A DNA stretch of 64,000 nucleotides from Lama glama (lineage: Eukaryota). Location: the NCBI GenBank assembly GCA_028534125.1, contig CM052816.1, positions 39,434,001-39,498,000 on the forward strand, in the 5' to 3' direction. A model generated the notes under the pieces. The model made no database searches, was not told where the DNA came from, and saw nothing but the letters and a program-made list of their open reading frames with translations. The translations under genes and the position numbers were made by a program. This document shows, piece by piece, positions 63,550 to 64,000 of the stretch (positions within the stretch are counted from its first letter, which is position 1; the number at the start of each line of letters is the position of its first letter).

Positions 63550-64000
63550 AGACCAGAGAGTTGGAAAAGCATTATTTCTGAGTATGTCTGTGAGAGCGTT
63601 TCTGGAAGAGGTGAGCATCTGAAAGAGTGAACTGCGCGAAGCAGGTGGCAGTCCCCCGTGTAGGAGGGCAGCATCCAACCCTGTGAGAGCCCGAGGAGAA
63701 CAGAAAGGCAGAGGAAGGGGTGACTTGCTCTCTTTGCATGAGCTGAGATGGCCATTCTCCTGCCCTCGGACACTGGGGCTCCTAGTCCTCAGACTTTTAC
63801 CCAGGTCTTCCACCTTCAGCCCCGATTCACAGGCCTTCAGACTTAGACTGAATTCCACCACTGGCTTGTCGGTTCTCCAGCTTGCAAACAACAGACTGTG
63901 GGGTTTGTTGGTATGAGCCAGTTCCTATAGTAAGTCTCTATATATTGTGTATTTTTGTAGGCATGTACCATCTCTACATTCATAAATCTGTTACCTATAT
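63550..64000 (+). mobile_element. MLT2 (ERVL) LTR
   Basis: cattatttctgagtatgtctgtgagagcgtttctggaagag ... agaacagaaaggcagaggaagg ... ttctccagcttgca are typical MLT2 motifs. Confidence 0.85.

Overview
Repeat-rich, CpG-depleted mammalian intronic or intergenic DNA. A Vic-1-like tRNA-Ala-derived SINE at 24536-24670 points to a camelid genome. I can support no intact protein-coding gene. The ORF track is mostly decayed LINE-1 ORF2 fragments, antisense reads of repeats and low-complexity sequence. The window holds a near-complete decayed Tigger1, many L1 pieces of different ages, L2/MIR relics, MaLR/ERVL LTRs and several younger solo LTRs, three of them MER41-like. The most notable structures are: (1) a multi-template insertion at 15875-16011 copied from nearby DNA; (2) a U6 snRNA/L1 chimeric retrocopy; (3) a 496-bp TG..CA element with a 5-bp TSD and unusually long 30-bp terminal inverted repeats; (4) two TSD-bounded L1s that keep both ends but lack ORF1, one with a nested MER41-like LTR and one with foreign filler DNA; (5) a composite minisatellite at about 42.0-42.55 kb. 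A few small + strand exon candidates suggest an unidentified host transcript. Repeat family names come from my recall of consensus sequences, not from a database search. I found no convincing new multi-gene system.
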